A stretch of 64,000 nt of DNA from Candidatus Cloacimonadales bacterium (GCA_963662585.1 OY759729.1:1088001-1152000), one strand, 5' to 3'. Positions 27,681 to 37,965 are shown, numbered from the stretch's first letter. Made by a program: numbers and translations. The notes: generated by a model not told the origin, from the letters alone.

Positions 27681-28784
27681 TTACTCTTTACCAGCTATAG
27701 GATTAAGTACTTCTATAGTATCTACTAACCAATCAATTGTTAATAAGTCTTCTTCAGGAAAGTTCTCATCTGCTTTAACTCTCAAATTACCCTTGTTATC
27801 ATATATTTCACCAGTAAAGATATACAATTCTTTAGTAATTATCTGCTCTTTTAAGTCATCGATTATCTCTCCCTCTTTTTGAGTGAGATTTTTAGAATAT
27901 TCAGTTAAGCCAAATAGTCCTGAATCAATATCTTTCCAGATTATCTGCGGTGTCCATTCACCATTATAGAATTTTGTGACAGCTTCTTTATAAAAAGCAC
28001 CCCAATGCCAAACAACACAAACTAAATTTTTGCGAGGAGCAAAATCTTTCATGTCGTTATTATAACCAATTGAAAAAACATCTCTATTATCAGCTACTCT
28101 TTGTGATTCACTTGAATCAGTATTATGAGCAATTACATCACAGCCCATATCTATCATCTTATTAGCGATCAAATTCTCTTTACTTGGGGCATACCAACTA
28201 TGAGTCCACTCTAAAAACACTTTTGCTTCAGGATTAGTTTTCTTCACTCCTAAGGCAAAGGCATTTGAGATTCTAATACATTCAGCATTTGCATGTGCAA
28301 CGATAAAACCAATTTGATTGCTTTCTGTTTTTACACCTGCGGCAAGACCTGCTAAATACCATGCTTGATGAATCTTGCCAAAATATGAGCCATAGTTATC
28401 ACCTTTCATAAAAGTACTACAACTTTCAAATACTACATGAGGATATTTTTTTGCCATCATCATAGTAGCTTCTTTATGGTCATAAGAAGTAGTAAAAATT
28501 AATTGTGCCCCTTCTTTAACTAACTCTTCAATTGCTATTAAAGTTGACTCTGTGTCTGTTGCATTCTCTCTATAATAAATATTCTCAATAAAAGGTAACT
28601 CTTCAATCTCCAGTTTACCTTGGTTATGAGCATAATTCCAACCTCCATCCCCTACAGGTCCCACATAAACAAAGCCAACATTTAAGTTTTTCTGTTCATT
28701 TTCTAGATTATCTTTCTTTGCACAGCTTAAATTTAGTAAACCAATTATTACTAGCAATAATATTGCAATCAGATTCTTCTTCAT
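27681..28784 (-). CDS. BMP-family ABC transporter substrate-binding lipoprotein
   Basis: VGFVYVGPVGDGGWNYAH, NAFALG, WTHSWY.P; lipobox NLSC. Confidence 0.9.
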   Translation of the reverse strand: MKKNLIAILLLVIIGLLNLSCAKKDNLENEQKNLNVGFVYVGPVGDGGWNYAHNQGKLEIEELPFIENIYYRENATDTESTLIAIEELVKEGAQLIFTTSYDHKEATMMMAKKYPHVVFESCSTFMKGDNYGSYFGKIHQAWYLAGLAAGVKTESNQIGFIVAHANAECIRISNAFALGVKKTNPEAKVFLEWTHSWYAPSKENLIANKMIDMGCDVIAHNTDSSESQRVADNRDVFSIGYNNDMKDFAPRKNLVCVVWHWGAFYKEAVTKFYNGEWTPQIIWKDIDSGLFGLTEYSKNLTQKEGEIIDDLKEQIITKELYIFTGEIYDNKGNLRVKADENFPEEDLLTIDWLVDTIEVLNPIAGKE

Positions 28785-29011
28785 AATTCCCTCACTTATG
28801 ACAACTTATTAATTCGATACAAATCATATCTTTAGAATACAAATTATAAATTTTTATCTTTAGTTGTCAAGCTTTCTATTTAGTTTTTGTCTGTTATGAA
28901 ATTACTAGAAATTAAGAATCCTAAAAAAAAAGAGAAAATTTTTATAATAACTATTTGCATAAATAGACAAATACCTTATATTCTCATAAAACAAAAAAAT
29001 AAGAGGTAATT

Positions 29012-29368
29012 ATGGAACATTTAACATTAGAAACATTTAAAGAAAAAGTATTTAATTATGAGGATAATAAAGAATGGAAATTTGAAGGTAACAGACCAGC
29101 AGTGATAGACTTTTATGCTGATTGGTGTGGACCTTGTAAAATGGTTGCTCCTATCTTAGAAGAACTATCAAAAGAGTATGAAGGCAAAGTTGATATATAT
29201 AAAATCAATACAGAAGAACAACAAGAACTTTCTGCTATGTTTGGAATCAGAAGTATTCCTTCAATCTTGTTTATTCCTACCGAAGGACAACCTTCAATGG
29301 CTGCTGGTGCTTTACCAAAGAAATCATTCCAAGAAACTATTGATAAATTACTTATAAATAAAGCCTAA
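29012..29368 (+). CDS. trxA: Thioredoxin
   Basis: DFYADWCGPCK. Confidence 0.95.
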   Translation: MEHLTLETFKEKVFNYEDNKEWKFEGNRPAVIDFYADWCGPCKMVAPILEELSKEYEGKVDIYKINTEEQQELSAMFGIRSIPSILFIPTEGQPSMAAGALPKKSFQETIDKLLINKA

Positions 29369-29411
29369 TAAATTTTTTAATTAGATTTCTCCTAATTGAA
29401 ATTCATCCCAC

Positions 29412-29444
29412 AAAGGAAGGACTAGCTAATCCTTCCTTTTTTTA
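29412..29444 (+). terminator. Intrinsic terminator after trxA
   Basis: AAAGGAAGGA...TCCTTCCTTT followed by a T run. Confidence 0.75.
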
Positions 29445-29478
29445 TTAGATAATATTTTTCATAAAATTTATATTTGAC

Positions 29479-30234
29479 TTAGAATTTAAAATCTTGGGAG
29501 AAATCCCAACCCCTTTCCTCTAATACCTTTACTACTTGATCATAGTTATCATCAAAATCACTTAATTGATGAGTGTCTGAGCCAATAGAGATAAGCTTTC
29601 CACCTTCACTAGCATACAAATCAAGTACTTCAAAATGAGGAATAAATTGCTTTGTTGCTTTTCTAAGTCCAGAATAATTTATTTCTAAAGCTATCTTTCT
29701 TTCAATCATTACTTGAAATATATCTCGGAAGATAGGTAATCCAGCTTTGATATTATGGACCAAATAGCGTGTAAAGATACCAAGATGAGCTAAAATATCC
29801 ATATCACATTTTTCTACTAACTCAAGATTTACTTTATAATAATCCATTATCTCTCTTTCTGAGAGAGCTTGTTTGAAAGGAAGAGAAATATCTCTGTCAG
29901 GGAGTAAGGTATGCACTGAGCCTAATATCAAATCAGGCCTTAAATCTCCAAAATAGTCCTTTACTTGCGATATTGTTTGATAGTATTCACCTATTTCAAC
30001 CCCTCTAATTATGTCTATTTCAGAGGCATATTTGGCTTTTAACTGAGAAAAATAGTTGTAATACTCAGGAAATGAAACTTCTTGATGAAAGCTCCACTGA
30101 GGAAAGAGAAACTCTAAATGGTCAGTAAAAGCAATTTGAGAATATTTTAGTTCTATTGCTTTCTTGATAATTTTATCAGGATTCAGCTTGCTATCTTTAC
30201 TAAAATTTGAATGTATATGATAATCTTTTTTCAT
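29479..30234 (-). CDS. PHP-domain phosphatase, histidinol-phosphatase HisJ/HisK family
   Basis: DYHIHS, FTDH, GSVH, LAHL, GSDTH. Confidence 0.85.
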   Translation of the reverse strand: MKKDYHIHSNFSKDSKLNPDKIIKKAIELKYSQIAFTDHLEFLFPQWSFHQEVSFPEYYNYFSQLKAKYASEIDIIRGVEIGEYYQTISQVKDYFGDLRPDLILGSVHTLLPDRDISLPFKQALSEREIMDYYKVNLELVEKCDMDILAHLGIFTRYLVHNIKAGLPIFRDIFQVMIERKIALEINYSGLRKATKQFIPHFEVLDLYASEGGKLISIGSDTHQLSDFDDNYDQVVKVLEERGWDFSQDFKF

Positions 30235-30264
30235 AGTTTCCTTTAATTTGATTCTTTTTAAAAT

Positions 30265-30302
30265 AAAAAAACAGCGAAGTTACCGGGTGGTAACCCCGCT
30301 GT
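30265..30302 (-). terminator. Strong intrinsic terminator on the minus strand
   Basis: ACAGCGGGGTTACC-accc-GGTAACTTCGCTGT followed by T6. Confidence 0.75.
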
Positions 30303-30612
30303 CGGAGGGCATTCTATGTAGGGTCTGTAGGTTCAATTTAATTTAGAATCAGAATTTATTCTCTTCATCATCTAAGTCTAAGTACATTATTAATATCAAA
30401 ATTATTTTGGCAAGAAAAAAATTATTTTTTTGCAAGTTTTTTTCATTTCTTCCACTTTTCCTTCCAGAAAGGAAGTATTAGATCAATATTTATGACAGCT
30501 AGTATTTTCAAATTTCCTTTTTTAGCAAATTCTTAGCTTGGAGAAATAGAGAATAAGGCATATTCTAGATAAATCAAGCCTATACCTAAAACTAGCAAAA
30601 AGATATCTCTTC

Positions 30613-33165
30613 CTACTTAATTTTCAGAACCTTAAGTGTAGATATTTTTCCACAACTTTTCACTTTTACGAAATAGACACCTGAGGCAATATTCTCCGTA
30701 TTGAAGCCAATTTTCTTAGTTTCATTAGAAGATAAGTGAGTATATTCAGAAGCTACTTTTTGTCCTTTCAAATTATATAGAATAACTTCAACTACTTGCT
30801 CTTTTTTGCTTTCAAGATTAATCGATAAATTATCTTGGAAGGGATTAATTCCCCTAGTTATGAGTAAATAATCTAAAGCTTCAATATCTTGACTTTCATT
30901 CTCAGTTACCAGATAATTAATTTCAACTAAACTATTAGGAAGAGTCCCATAAACTTGCCCACTTTGAACAGTTAGTTCTTGAGCTAGATTAATAGTCTGA
31001 GCAGTTTCTCCTTGATAATAGACAAAAGATAAAGTTTCTTGAGAAGTAGGCATTTGCGTAACAATAACAGCTACACTTCTCTCAATATTCCCATCAATAA
31101 AAAGTTTTAAAGAGCTGGCACCTAGACACTCATCATTAGCAAAGACTCCAAGGAAATCTTCATCATGATTAACATCTATTTCATTAGAAGTAAATTCAGC
31201 ATAAATAACAGCTGTATTATTAGGATAGGTTGAGATATTCCAAGGAGAGTCTTCTACTCTTGGAGCATTATTCCTTCTTGATTCATTATAGACGAGTGAA
31301 CAATCTTCACTAACTTGTACCCAATAGCCTTTACTAGGAGTCATAACTGCCATAGTATTAAAGATATCAGGCATAGCAGGATTATAGATAGAGGTAACAT
31401 CTTTCACTTGAAGCAATTTATCACTGATATTACTCAAGGCATCACTAGGAGCGATATCTACTTGTGGTAAGTAACCAATTAGATTCCAACCACTATTTAA
31501 ATCAATAGTAACTGAGCTATCATAGGCATTTCCTGTAAGTTCAAGATTAGTATTTTCACTAACATTTACCCAATATCCCTCTTCAGGAATAATATTTTCC
31601 AAGGTATTAAAATAATAAGGAAGAGTTGGTGAATAAGTAGCAGTCATATTTTTAATTTCCATAATATCAGCTAGAACTGGAGAGAATAATGTGCTAGGAC
31701 TATTATCTGCATAATCGAAATTATAACTAATTAAGTTCCATCCTGTATTAAGGGCGATATTTTGAGTTAACTCTTCTTCTCCAAAAACAGCATTAACTGT
31801 AGTATAACTATCAGCTTCAACTGTAACACCAGTGAATATTAGCGGGTCATAGCCTGTAGCACTAATCTGAATATCCCAAGTTCCAGGATTAATCGGACGG
31901 TAATAATCTCCAAAATCTGAATTTGTTCTAACTTTTGTTACATCAGTATCATGATTAAGTATTTCGATTGTTGCATTTAAAGGATTCCCTTGATAATCAG
32001 TAACTATTCCTCTAATTCCGTATTGAACTTCTTCTATTAGGGCAATAAGAGCATCACGGTTATAGGTCCAGTGAGCATTCAAATCACCAACATTTACCAT
32101 TTTAGTATTAGATTGTTCAATAGTTATTTCTTTAATTCCTAAGTAGTAGACTACATAATCTTGACGAGAACCATTTGCCTCATACCAATCATAACCATTA
32201 GTAATCCCATCATCATAACCATCCATATAGGTAGAAGGAGCATCTTCATGAACTGCATCAGCATAAACTCTACTTATCTGTTGAAACCAAGTATCGTCAG
32301 GATGCAGGCCAGGTATTGTGTCCCAAGGATAATTAACTAATTCTGCACCACCATGGGTATTAGCAGACATCACAAGACCTTTACCAGTCATGAAAGCAAT
32401 TTGGTCTAAATTCTCTTGAGAAACTGATGTCGAAGAACCTGTTCCTGGATAACCATCAATAAAATCTATGAAGTTACGATTAGGGTCAAGATTATTAGCA
32501 AGATATCTTCTTGCTCCACTAACATTATCATTACCACCATAATAAGTTCCATCTGGGTTTGATAAAGGATTTATCCATATTTCAGTATTATCAAGAAGAT
32601 TTGTTATTTGAGTATCTGTGCCATAATTAGTGAGAAGCTCATCTATTAATCTAAGCAGGAGAATATAAGTAACTAGTTCATCACCATGCATTTGACCTGA
32701 ATAATAAAAACCAGGTTTTACTGCTTCTTGAGTAACATTGTTGGTAATTTTAACTACAGGAATCTCTCTATTATTTTGGGAATAGCCTATATTTTGAATT
32801 GAACATATTTCAGGATAGTTAGTGGCAAAACTATTCATGAGATCTAAATAAACTTCATAAGTAGGATATCTGTCCCAATTACCCATCTGGGTAATATCAG
32901 TTGCCATAGTAAGCACAGCTCTTTGGTCACGAGGTAAAGTTAATTCTTCATAAGCAATACCTTTATTCTCTAAGGCTTCTATTTCATCTGGTAAGGCATA
33001 CGCATAGAGAGTAGAACCTTCTCTTTTATCAATGGAAACTAAATTTGTTATTATGGATATATCTTCTCGAGAAGTAATCTCAATTGATATATATTTTTCA
33101 GGAACATCACTGAATAAAGCCGTAGCAAGTATCAAAAATATTAAAATAATCACTTTTTTAAGCAT
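30613..33165 (-). CDS. Secreted M14 zinc carboxypeptidase with regulatory-like domain, two GWNLI repeats and a C-terminal sorting-like domain
   Basis: HGDE, NRNF, NTHGG, TIEQ catalytic motifs; NPFQ...SGVYFVKV C-terminus. Confidence 0.9.
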   Translation of the reverse strand: MLKKVIILIFLILATALFSDVPEKYISIEITSREDISIITNLVSIDKREGSTLYAYALPDEIEALENKGIAYEELTLPRDQRAVLTMATDITQMGNWDRYPTYEVYLDLMNSFATNYPEICSIQNIGYSQNNREIPVVKITNNVTQEAVKPGFYYSGQMHGDELVTYILLLRLIDELLTNYGTDTQITNLLDNTEIWINPLSNPDGTYYGGNDNVSGARRYLANNLDPNRNFIDFIDGYPGTGSSTSVSQENLDQIAFMTGKGLVMSANTHGGAELVNYPWDTIPGLHPDDTWFQQISRVYADAVHEDAPSTYMDGYDDGITNGYDWYEANGSRQDYVVYYLGIKEITIEQSNTKMVNVGDLNAHWTYNRDALIALIEEVQYGIRGIVTDYQGNPLNATIEILNHDTDVTKVRTNSDFGDYYRPINPGTWDIQISATGYDPLIFTGVTVEADSYTTVNAVFGEEELTQNIALNTGWNLISYNFDYADNSPSTLFSPVLADIMEIKNMTATYSPTLPYYFNTLENIIPEEGYWVNVSENTNLELTGNAYDSSVTIDLNSGWNLIGYLPQVDIAPSDALSNISDKLLQVKDVTSIYNPAMPDIFNTMAVMTPSKGYWVQVSEDCSLVYNESRRNNAPRVEDSPWNISTYPNNTAVIYAEFTSNEIDVNHDEDFLGVFANDECLGASSLKLFIDGNIERSVAVIVTQMPTSQETLSFVYYQGETAQTINLAQELTVQSGQVYGTLPNSLVEINYLVTENESQDIEALDYLLITRGINPFQDNLSINLESKKEQVVEVILYNLKGQKVASEYTHLSSNETKKIGFNTENIASGVYFVKVKSCGKISTLKVLKIK

Positions 33166-33260
33166 AGGTTCTCCCCTTATGTGTAGTTGCAAGTATATTT
33201 GTAATTAGAGAATATTATGTCAATAGAAAAAACGAGGCAATATTAGAAAAAAAGAATATA

Positions 33261-33283
33261 AAGCCCCGCATTAAGCAGGGCTT
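33261..33283 (-). terminator. Intrinsic terminator of the ECF operon
   Basis: AAGCCCTGC-ttaat-GCGGGGCTT then TAT-T-rich on the minus strand. Confidence 0.65.
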
Positions 33284-33322
33284 CTATTTTATATCTCTAT
33301 TTATTTGTTCTGTTAGGAAAAA

Positions 33323-34528
33323 TTACAATTTCAACATCCCCATATTGGAGATAACATCATTCTCTGTTTCTTCTTCTTCATTCTCTTTTTTGGTAGAGGT
33401 ATTAACTAACTCCCCTTTATTAAGAGTTGTTTTAAGTTCAACTAAGCCATAAAGAGATTCTGGAGCTAAGATTTGACCATAGTTTTCTAGGATATCAATC
33501 TTTTCGTAGAAAAGGTCCGGGTCAATCTTTTCATCAAAGCTCAGTACCCCTTTATTGATGATAAAATATGGTTCTTTAGAGTATTGAAGTTCTAATTGAG
33601 TAATCTTTTTCTCACCGTTATTTATTAAGAGTTTCCCTTTATAAGAAGTAATTTGGATATCTGAGTCAATTACTTTAATCAAAGCATCCACAAGATTTTT
33701 ATGAGCAAGGATTCTTTTACATTTAAGAATCTTTCCCATACCTGTCTCTAAATCAGCTTCAGTAACATCTTCTTTGAATACTATACTTCCCTGAGAGAAT
33801 ATATTTTCTTTATTCATTCTTTTAACTTGGAGAGAATCTAACTGGGACATACCTTGGAGAATTTTACAATTATCAGGAATGAGTCTTAGACTACCTTGTA
33901 CTTCAGCAAGCTCTTCAAATATCGTCTGATATTTCTCTCTAATTGATGCTAGACCCATCAAGGATATCTGTTTAATTTTCTTTTGGAAGAGATCAGTATC
34001 TATATCATCAAGCATAGTTACACTTCCCATTATTTCTAAGACAACTCCATCTTTCAAAGAATTTAAATAGTTATTAGTAATGTCTTTACTGCCCTTAACA
34101 GACACTCTATCCTTGGAGAATTCTCTAATAACTCCTACATTCTTGACTACTTTACTCTTGATATAGCCTATCAATTCTTTGGGAGCGTTAATTACCCCAA
34201 TATTGTAGATACCGGCAATTTTCTCTTGAATTAATTCAGGAGTAACATCTTCATCAATGCTTAGAACACTGACAACAACGCTTTTCAATGGAGTTTCAAG
34301 GGTCTCCAACATAATTTTATTTATTTCTAAATTACCAACTTCTAATTTATAATCTTCAGCTATTTCTTCAACCATTCCTGTATTGGATATAGCAATATTG
34401 GAGATTAAATTTTTCACTCTTTGGGAATATATTACGATTCCTGTATTACTAATTTGGGATATATTTTTTAAAGTCTCTTCGTCAGCAAATCTTAAATCAA
34501 CAGCACCAATATTTCTTATTTTTTTCAT
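33323..34528 (-). CDS. Hypothetical soluble protein with about four internal repeats of 75-80 aa
   Basis: Recurring DEDVTPELIQEKI / LDDIDTDLFQKKI / KEDVTEADL / DEKIDPDLFYEKI and NxG motifs; no TM helix; AGGAG RBS. Confidence 0.8.
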   Translation of the reverse strand: MKKIRNIGAVDLRFADEETLKNISQISNTGIVIYSQRVKNLISNIAISNTGMVEEIAEDYKLEVGNLEINKIMLETLETPLKSVVVSVLSIDEDVTPELIQEKIAGIYNIGVINAPKELIGYIKSKVVKNVGVIREFSKDRVSVKGSKDITNNYLNSLKDGVVLEIMGSVTMLDDIDTDLFQKKIKQISLMGLASIREKYQTIFEELAEVQGSLRLIPDNCKILQGMSQLDSLQVKRMNKENIFSQGSIVFKEDVTEADLETGMGKILKCKRILAHKNLVDALIKVIDSDIQITSYKGKLLINNGEKKITQLELQYSKEPYFIINKGVLSFDEKIDPDLFYEKIDILENYGQILAPESLYGLVELKTTLNKGELVNTSTKKENEEEETENDVISNMGMLKL

Positions 34529-34539
34529 TTTTAACTCCT

Positions 34540-34683
34540 TTATCTCCAGATGTGGTTTTCTTCTCTGATTTTTTGTAGTTCTTCAATATCGTCTTCTGAA
34601 AATTCTTCTTCATCTTCACTCGTTTTGAATGGGATTAAATGCATGATAATCCATTCTCCTAAAGATAATAATCTTGTTTCCAT
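34540..34683 (-). CDS. Small acidic protein (47 aa) absent from the ORF track
   Basis: METRLLSLGEWIIMHLIPFKTSEDEEEFSEDDIEELQKIREENHIWR*; AGGTAGGTGA upstream; overlaps the sigma 3' end; its stop runs into the RBS of the next gene. Confidence 0.65.
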   Translation of the reverse strand: METRLLSLGEWIIMHLIPFKTSEDEEEFSEDDIEELQKIREENHIWR

Positions 34684-35147
34684 GTGTAGTCACCTACCTT
34701 CACTCTTAATCTATCCAAGGCCTTTTTAAGTTTCCACCTAACAGTAGAAGGTGATATTTCTAAATCTTGGGCGATCTCTTGTGAATTCATCCCTAACCAA
34801 TATTTGCTATAGACTATATCGCGTTCTTCTTCGGGCAATTCAGCAAGAAGTTTTTCCACTTGGGTAGTTAAAACAAGGTTATCTTCATAACTAGTAACTA
34901 CTCCAAGTGAGATATTTTCGATTCTTTCTTTTCTTTTCTTATCAATAAGAATATTTTTAATTACAGTAAAAAGCCAGCTTCTGATTTGATTAGGAGTAAG
35001 CCTGGCAAGAAGAAGGGAATTATTGATTATCTTTAAATAGCAATCTTGCACCATATCATCGGCAAGGTCTTTGTCACGAGCTATTGACAAAGCATAATCT
35101 GCTATCAGCTCAGAATATTCAACAATTATCTCTTCTATTTTTTCCAT
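34659..35147 (-). CDS. ECF-type RNA polymerase sigma factor
   Basis: Region 2 ADDMVQD...SWLFTVIKN..ID; region 4 LPEEER...SQEIAQDLEISPSTVRW. Confidence 0.9.
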   Translation of the reverse strand: MEKIEEIIVEYSELIADYALSIARDKDLADDMVQDCYLKIINNSLLLARLTPNQIRSWLFTVIKNILIDKKRKERIENISLGVVTSYEDNLVLTTQVEKLLAELPEEERDIVYSKYWLGMNSQEIAQDLEISPSTVRWKLKKALDRLRVKVGDYTWKQDYYL

Positions 35148-35171
35148 TTTTATCTCCTCTTCATAAACTAA

Positions 35172-35197
35172 GACGAATAACTACTAAGAAGTGTTGG
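35172..35197 (-). promoter_or_regulatory. Putative ECF autoregulatory promoter
   Basis: ccAAC-N17-CGTC just upstream of the GAGGAG RBS, matching the general AAC/CGT ECF promoter pattern. Confidence 0.55.
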
Positions 35198-35333
35198 TAT
35201 TTTTTTATCTTTTTTTGATTTGTCTAGTTTTAAATAATTAAAGTCTTTATTATTGCATGAAGTTATAAAAAAAGCTTGCCATTATTATCTAGTATTATTC
35301 AATGTAGGAAATGAATTAAATCAGAGGAATAAT

Positions 35334-36938
35334 ATGTTAGATAAATGGAGTTTTGAAGCACTTGATTTAAGAGAAATATTAGACAGAGTTGAAACATTCT
35401 CAGAATTAGGCCGAAAATATAGAAACAATCTTAAATGTTGGCTTCCCGGCCAAGAGGATGATTTAGTTAACTACTTCCAGCTTATTACTGAAGTAATTGA
35501 TAAAATTTCCGGTAATCAAGTTCTTCAGGATAAGCTTAAAGGTGAACTTTATCATCTTAAAGACATCAGTTTCAGCCTTAATCGCTTAGGCAAAGATATT
35601 CAGATTCATGAGCTTTTCGAGATTAAACAATTCTGCTACTTCTATGAAAGATTAAGACTTCACTTAGCGAAAAGTAACTTCAAATTAGTTGAATTATTCC
35701 CTCATTTAAGAAGAGTTTTTACTATTTTAGACCCTGAAGAACAGGAAGTGCCAACTTTTAAAATTAGCAGTTCTTATTCTTTAGAACTAGCCCATGTTCG
35801 GGAAGAAATTGCTTCGCTATCCAGGAAAAAGAAGATAAACCAACAGTTGTTTAGACAGAAGGTTATGGAAGAACTTAATTTAAGCAAGATTGAAGAAAAG
35901 TTCATTGTTTCCAATATGAATCATGATTTGAAATTGAAAGTCGATGAATCATCCTATTTTGGTATTCAGGAAGAGAATTTCGCTAACACTATCTATTATC
36001 TCAAGTATCCAGATGATATGAAAGACTTTGAATACAAGCTTAATAAGCTGTTCATCAAACAAGAAGATTTAAGTAATGAAGTTATTTTCAAACTCTCCCA
36101 ACAATTAGTTAAGTATCAAGAAATTCTCATAAATGCCCATAAAATTATTGCTAAATTCGATGATGTTTTAGGTAAATCTATTTTTGCTTTAAAATATGAT
36201 TGCACTATCCCTCATCTTACTAATGAATATTGCGTAGAGATCGTGCAAGCAGTTAACATACCAGTTTATGATGCCTTAAAAAGAGTTTCCATCAAGTATC
36301 AAAAGATAGATTTAATGCTTGATAATAAGATGAATATCCTAGTCGGAGCTAATATGGCGGGAAAATCTACTGCTTTAAATACCCTAGGACAGTTTAGTTA
36401 TTTAGTTCAACACGGATTCCCTGTCCCTGCTCACAAATGCAAAATACCTCTCTTCGATTATATTCTAGTAACTGGCGACGAAGCTAATCAAAAAAGTATT
36501 GATTTAAGTAGTTTTGGTAAGGAGATGGTTAGAATAAATTCTTATTATAACAGGAAAGGGAAAGGACTCTTCATCTTAGATGAATTTGCTAGAGGTACTA
36601 ATCCTAAAGAAGGAAATGCTCTCTCCAGAGCACTTTTCGAAAGCCTTAAATCTAAGAATAACTTTACTTTCTGTGCTACTCATTTTAATTCACCTTTGGA
36701 AATTCAAGCCGTAGCTCACTATAATATTCCAGGCATTACCCAAGAAGATTTTCAAGATATTCGCAACCAAAATCAAATTAATCCTGATAATAGACTTAAA
36801 GCCCTCCACAAAAAGATGAAGTATAATTTGGTGAGAGTTTCCGGTCAAAAAGAGACTCCACAAGCCGGTTTGATGATTGCTGAACTGCTAGGAACTGATG
36901 AAGAGATTATCAAAAAAGCAAGAGAATATCTGAAGTAG
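35334..36938 (+). CDS. MutS-domain-V ATPase, resembling the lysine 5,6-aminomutase reactivase KamC
   Basis: GANMAGKS, LSSFGKE, LDEFARGTNP.EG, ATHF; lacks mismatch-recognition and Smr domains; GAGG RBS before ATG 35334. Confidence 0.7.
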   Translation: MLDKWSFEALDLREILDRVETFSELGRKYRNNLKCWLPGQEDDLVNYFQLITEVIDKISGNQVLQDKLKGELYHLKDISFSLNRLGKDIQIHELFEIKQFCYFYERLRLHLAKSNFKLVELFPHLRRVFTILDPEEQEVPTFKISSSYSLELAHVREEIASLSRKKKINQQLFRQKVMEELNLSKIEEKFIVSNMNHDLKLKVDESSYFGIQEENFANTIYYLKYPDDMKDFEYKLNKLFIKQEDLSNEVIFKLSQQLVKYQEILINAHKIIAKFDDVLGKSIFALKYDCTIPHLTNEYCVEIVQAVNIPVYDALKRVSIKYQKIDLMLDNKMNILVGANMAGKSTALNTLGQFSYLVQHGFPVPAHKCKIPLFDYILVTGDEANQKSIDLSSFGKEMVRINSYYNRKGKGLFILDEFARGTNPKEGNALSRALFESLKSKNNFTFCATHFNSPLEIQAVAHYNIPGITQEDFQDIRNQNQINPDNRLKALHKKMKYNLVRVSGQKETPQAGLMIAELLGTDEEIIKKAREYLK

Positions 36939-36993
36939 AATTGAGAATTGAGAATTGAGAATGGAGACTTGAGAATGGAGAATGGAGAATGGA
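36938..36993 (+). repeat. Heptamer array (GAATKGA)x8
   Basis: Begins on the last base of the TAG stop codon; one unit is GACTTGA. Confidence 0.95.
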
Positions 36994-37013
36994 GATTAAA
37001 AGATTAGGTGCTT

Positions 37014-37965
37014 CTTAACTGGGAATGTGGGCTTCCAGCCCGCATCATTGCGAAGCAATGATATATCTTAAATCCCGAAGGGATTAAATAGATTAGCCCA
37101 GGGTCTCATTTTTTGAAGAAAAATTGACCCTGGGTATGGCAAACCAATATTTGTGTAACCCTGTAAGGGTTTAATAGAGAAAATAATAATTGCTAAAAAA
37201 TCGGTCAAATTATTTAGGACTGGACAATTTTCACACGAATTAACGCCTAGGGGCTTCGTTCATTATGCCATCCCAGATTAAGACGAATTTTCACGAATGT
37301 AGGGGCGTATTGCCATACGCCTTCTTGAAAAGTCCCTTAACACAGAGTAAAAATGAGTTTTAAGAAAAGTTCTCAGAGTTTTTAAGAAAAGTTTTGAGAA
37401 TGTGATAAAACCTCTTCTGTCGGACGGTGGACATTTTGTCCGCCTCATTGTGGAACAATGATAATCCCAGCGGGATGACCTATAATAGGGAGTGTTTGCA
37501 ATAGCAGTAAAGCCTTTTCAAGTGCCTTCTTTAGGCTATATAGTTAGTCTTCCCTTGCTCTTTCTCAATCAAGCCAATCATTTTTCAAGTTTTATTTGAA
37601 ACAACAGTTGGGGAGGATTGGAGGACTAAAGGATATGAAGGGAAAACTGCGAGTGTGGGTCTGAAACCGCATCATTGCTAAGCAATGATATATCTTAAAT
37701 CCCGAAGGGATTAAATAGATTAGCCCAGGGTCTCATTTTTTGAAGAAAAATTGACCCTGGGTATGGCAAACCAATATTTGTGTAACCCTGTCTTGTGAGG
37801 GCTAAGCATTAGCGTAGACTCAAAGGGTTTAATAGAGAAAATAATAATTGATAATAAATCGGTCAAATTATTTAGGACTGGACAATTTTCACACGAATTA
37901 ACGCGAATGTAGGGGCTTCGTTCATTATGCAATCCCAGATTAAGACGAATTTCTCGAATTAAGAA
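37014..37965 (+). repeat. Mosaic of palindromic repeat modules with an internal duplication of about 250 bp
   Basis: 37041-37290 is repeated at 37668-37952; modules are shared in reverse complement with 58797-59777. Confidence 0.9.

Noticed and set aside
35334..36938. Mismatch-repair MutS or MutS2
   Set aside because: Too short; lacks mismatch-binding and Smr domains.
37720..37932. 70-aa ORF
   Set aside because: Lies wholly inside the duplicated palindrome mosaic; no recognisable protein features.
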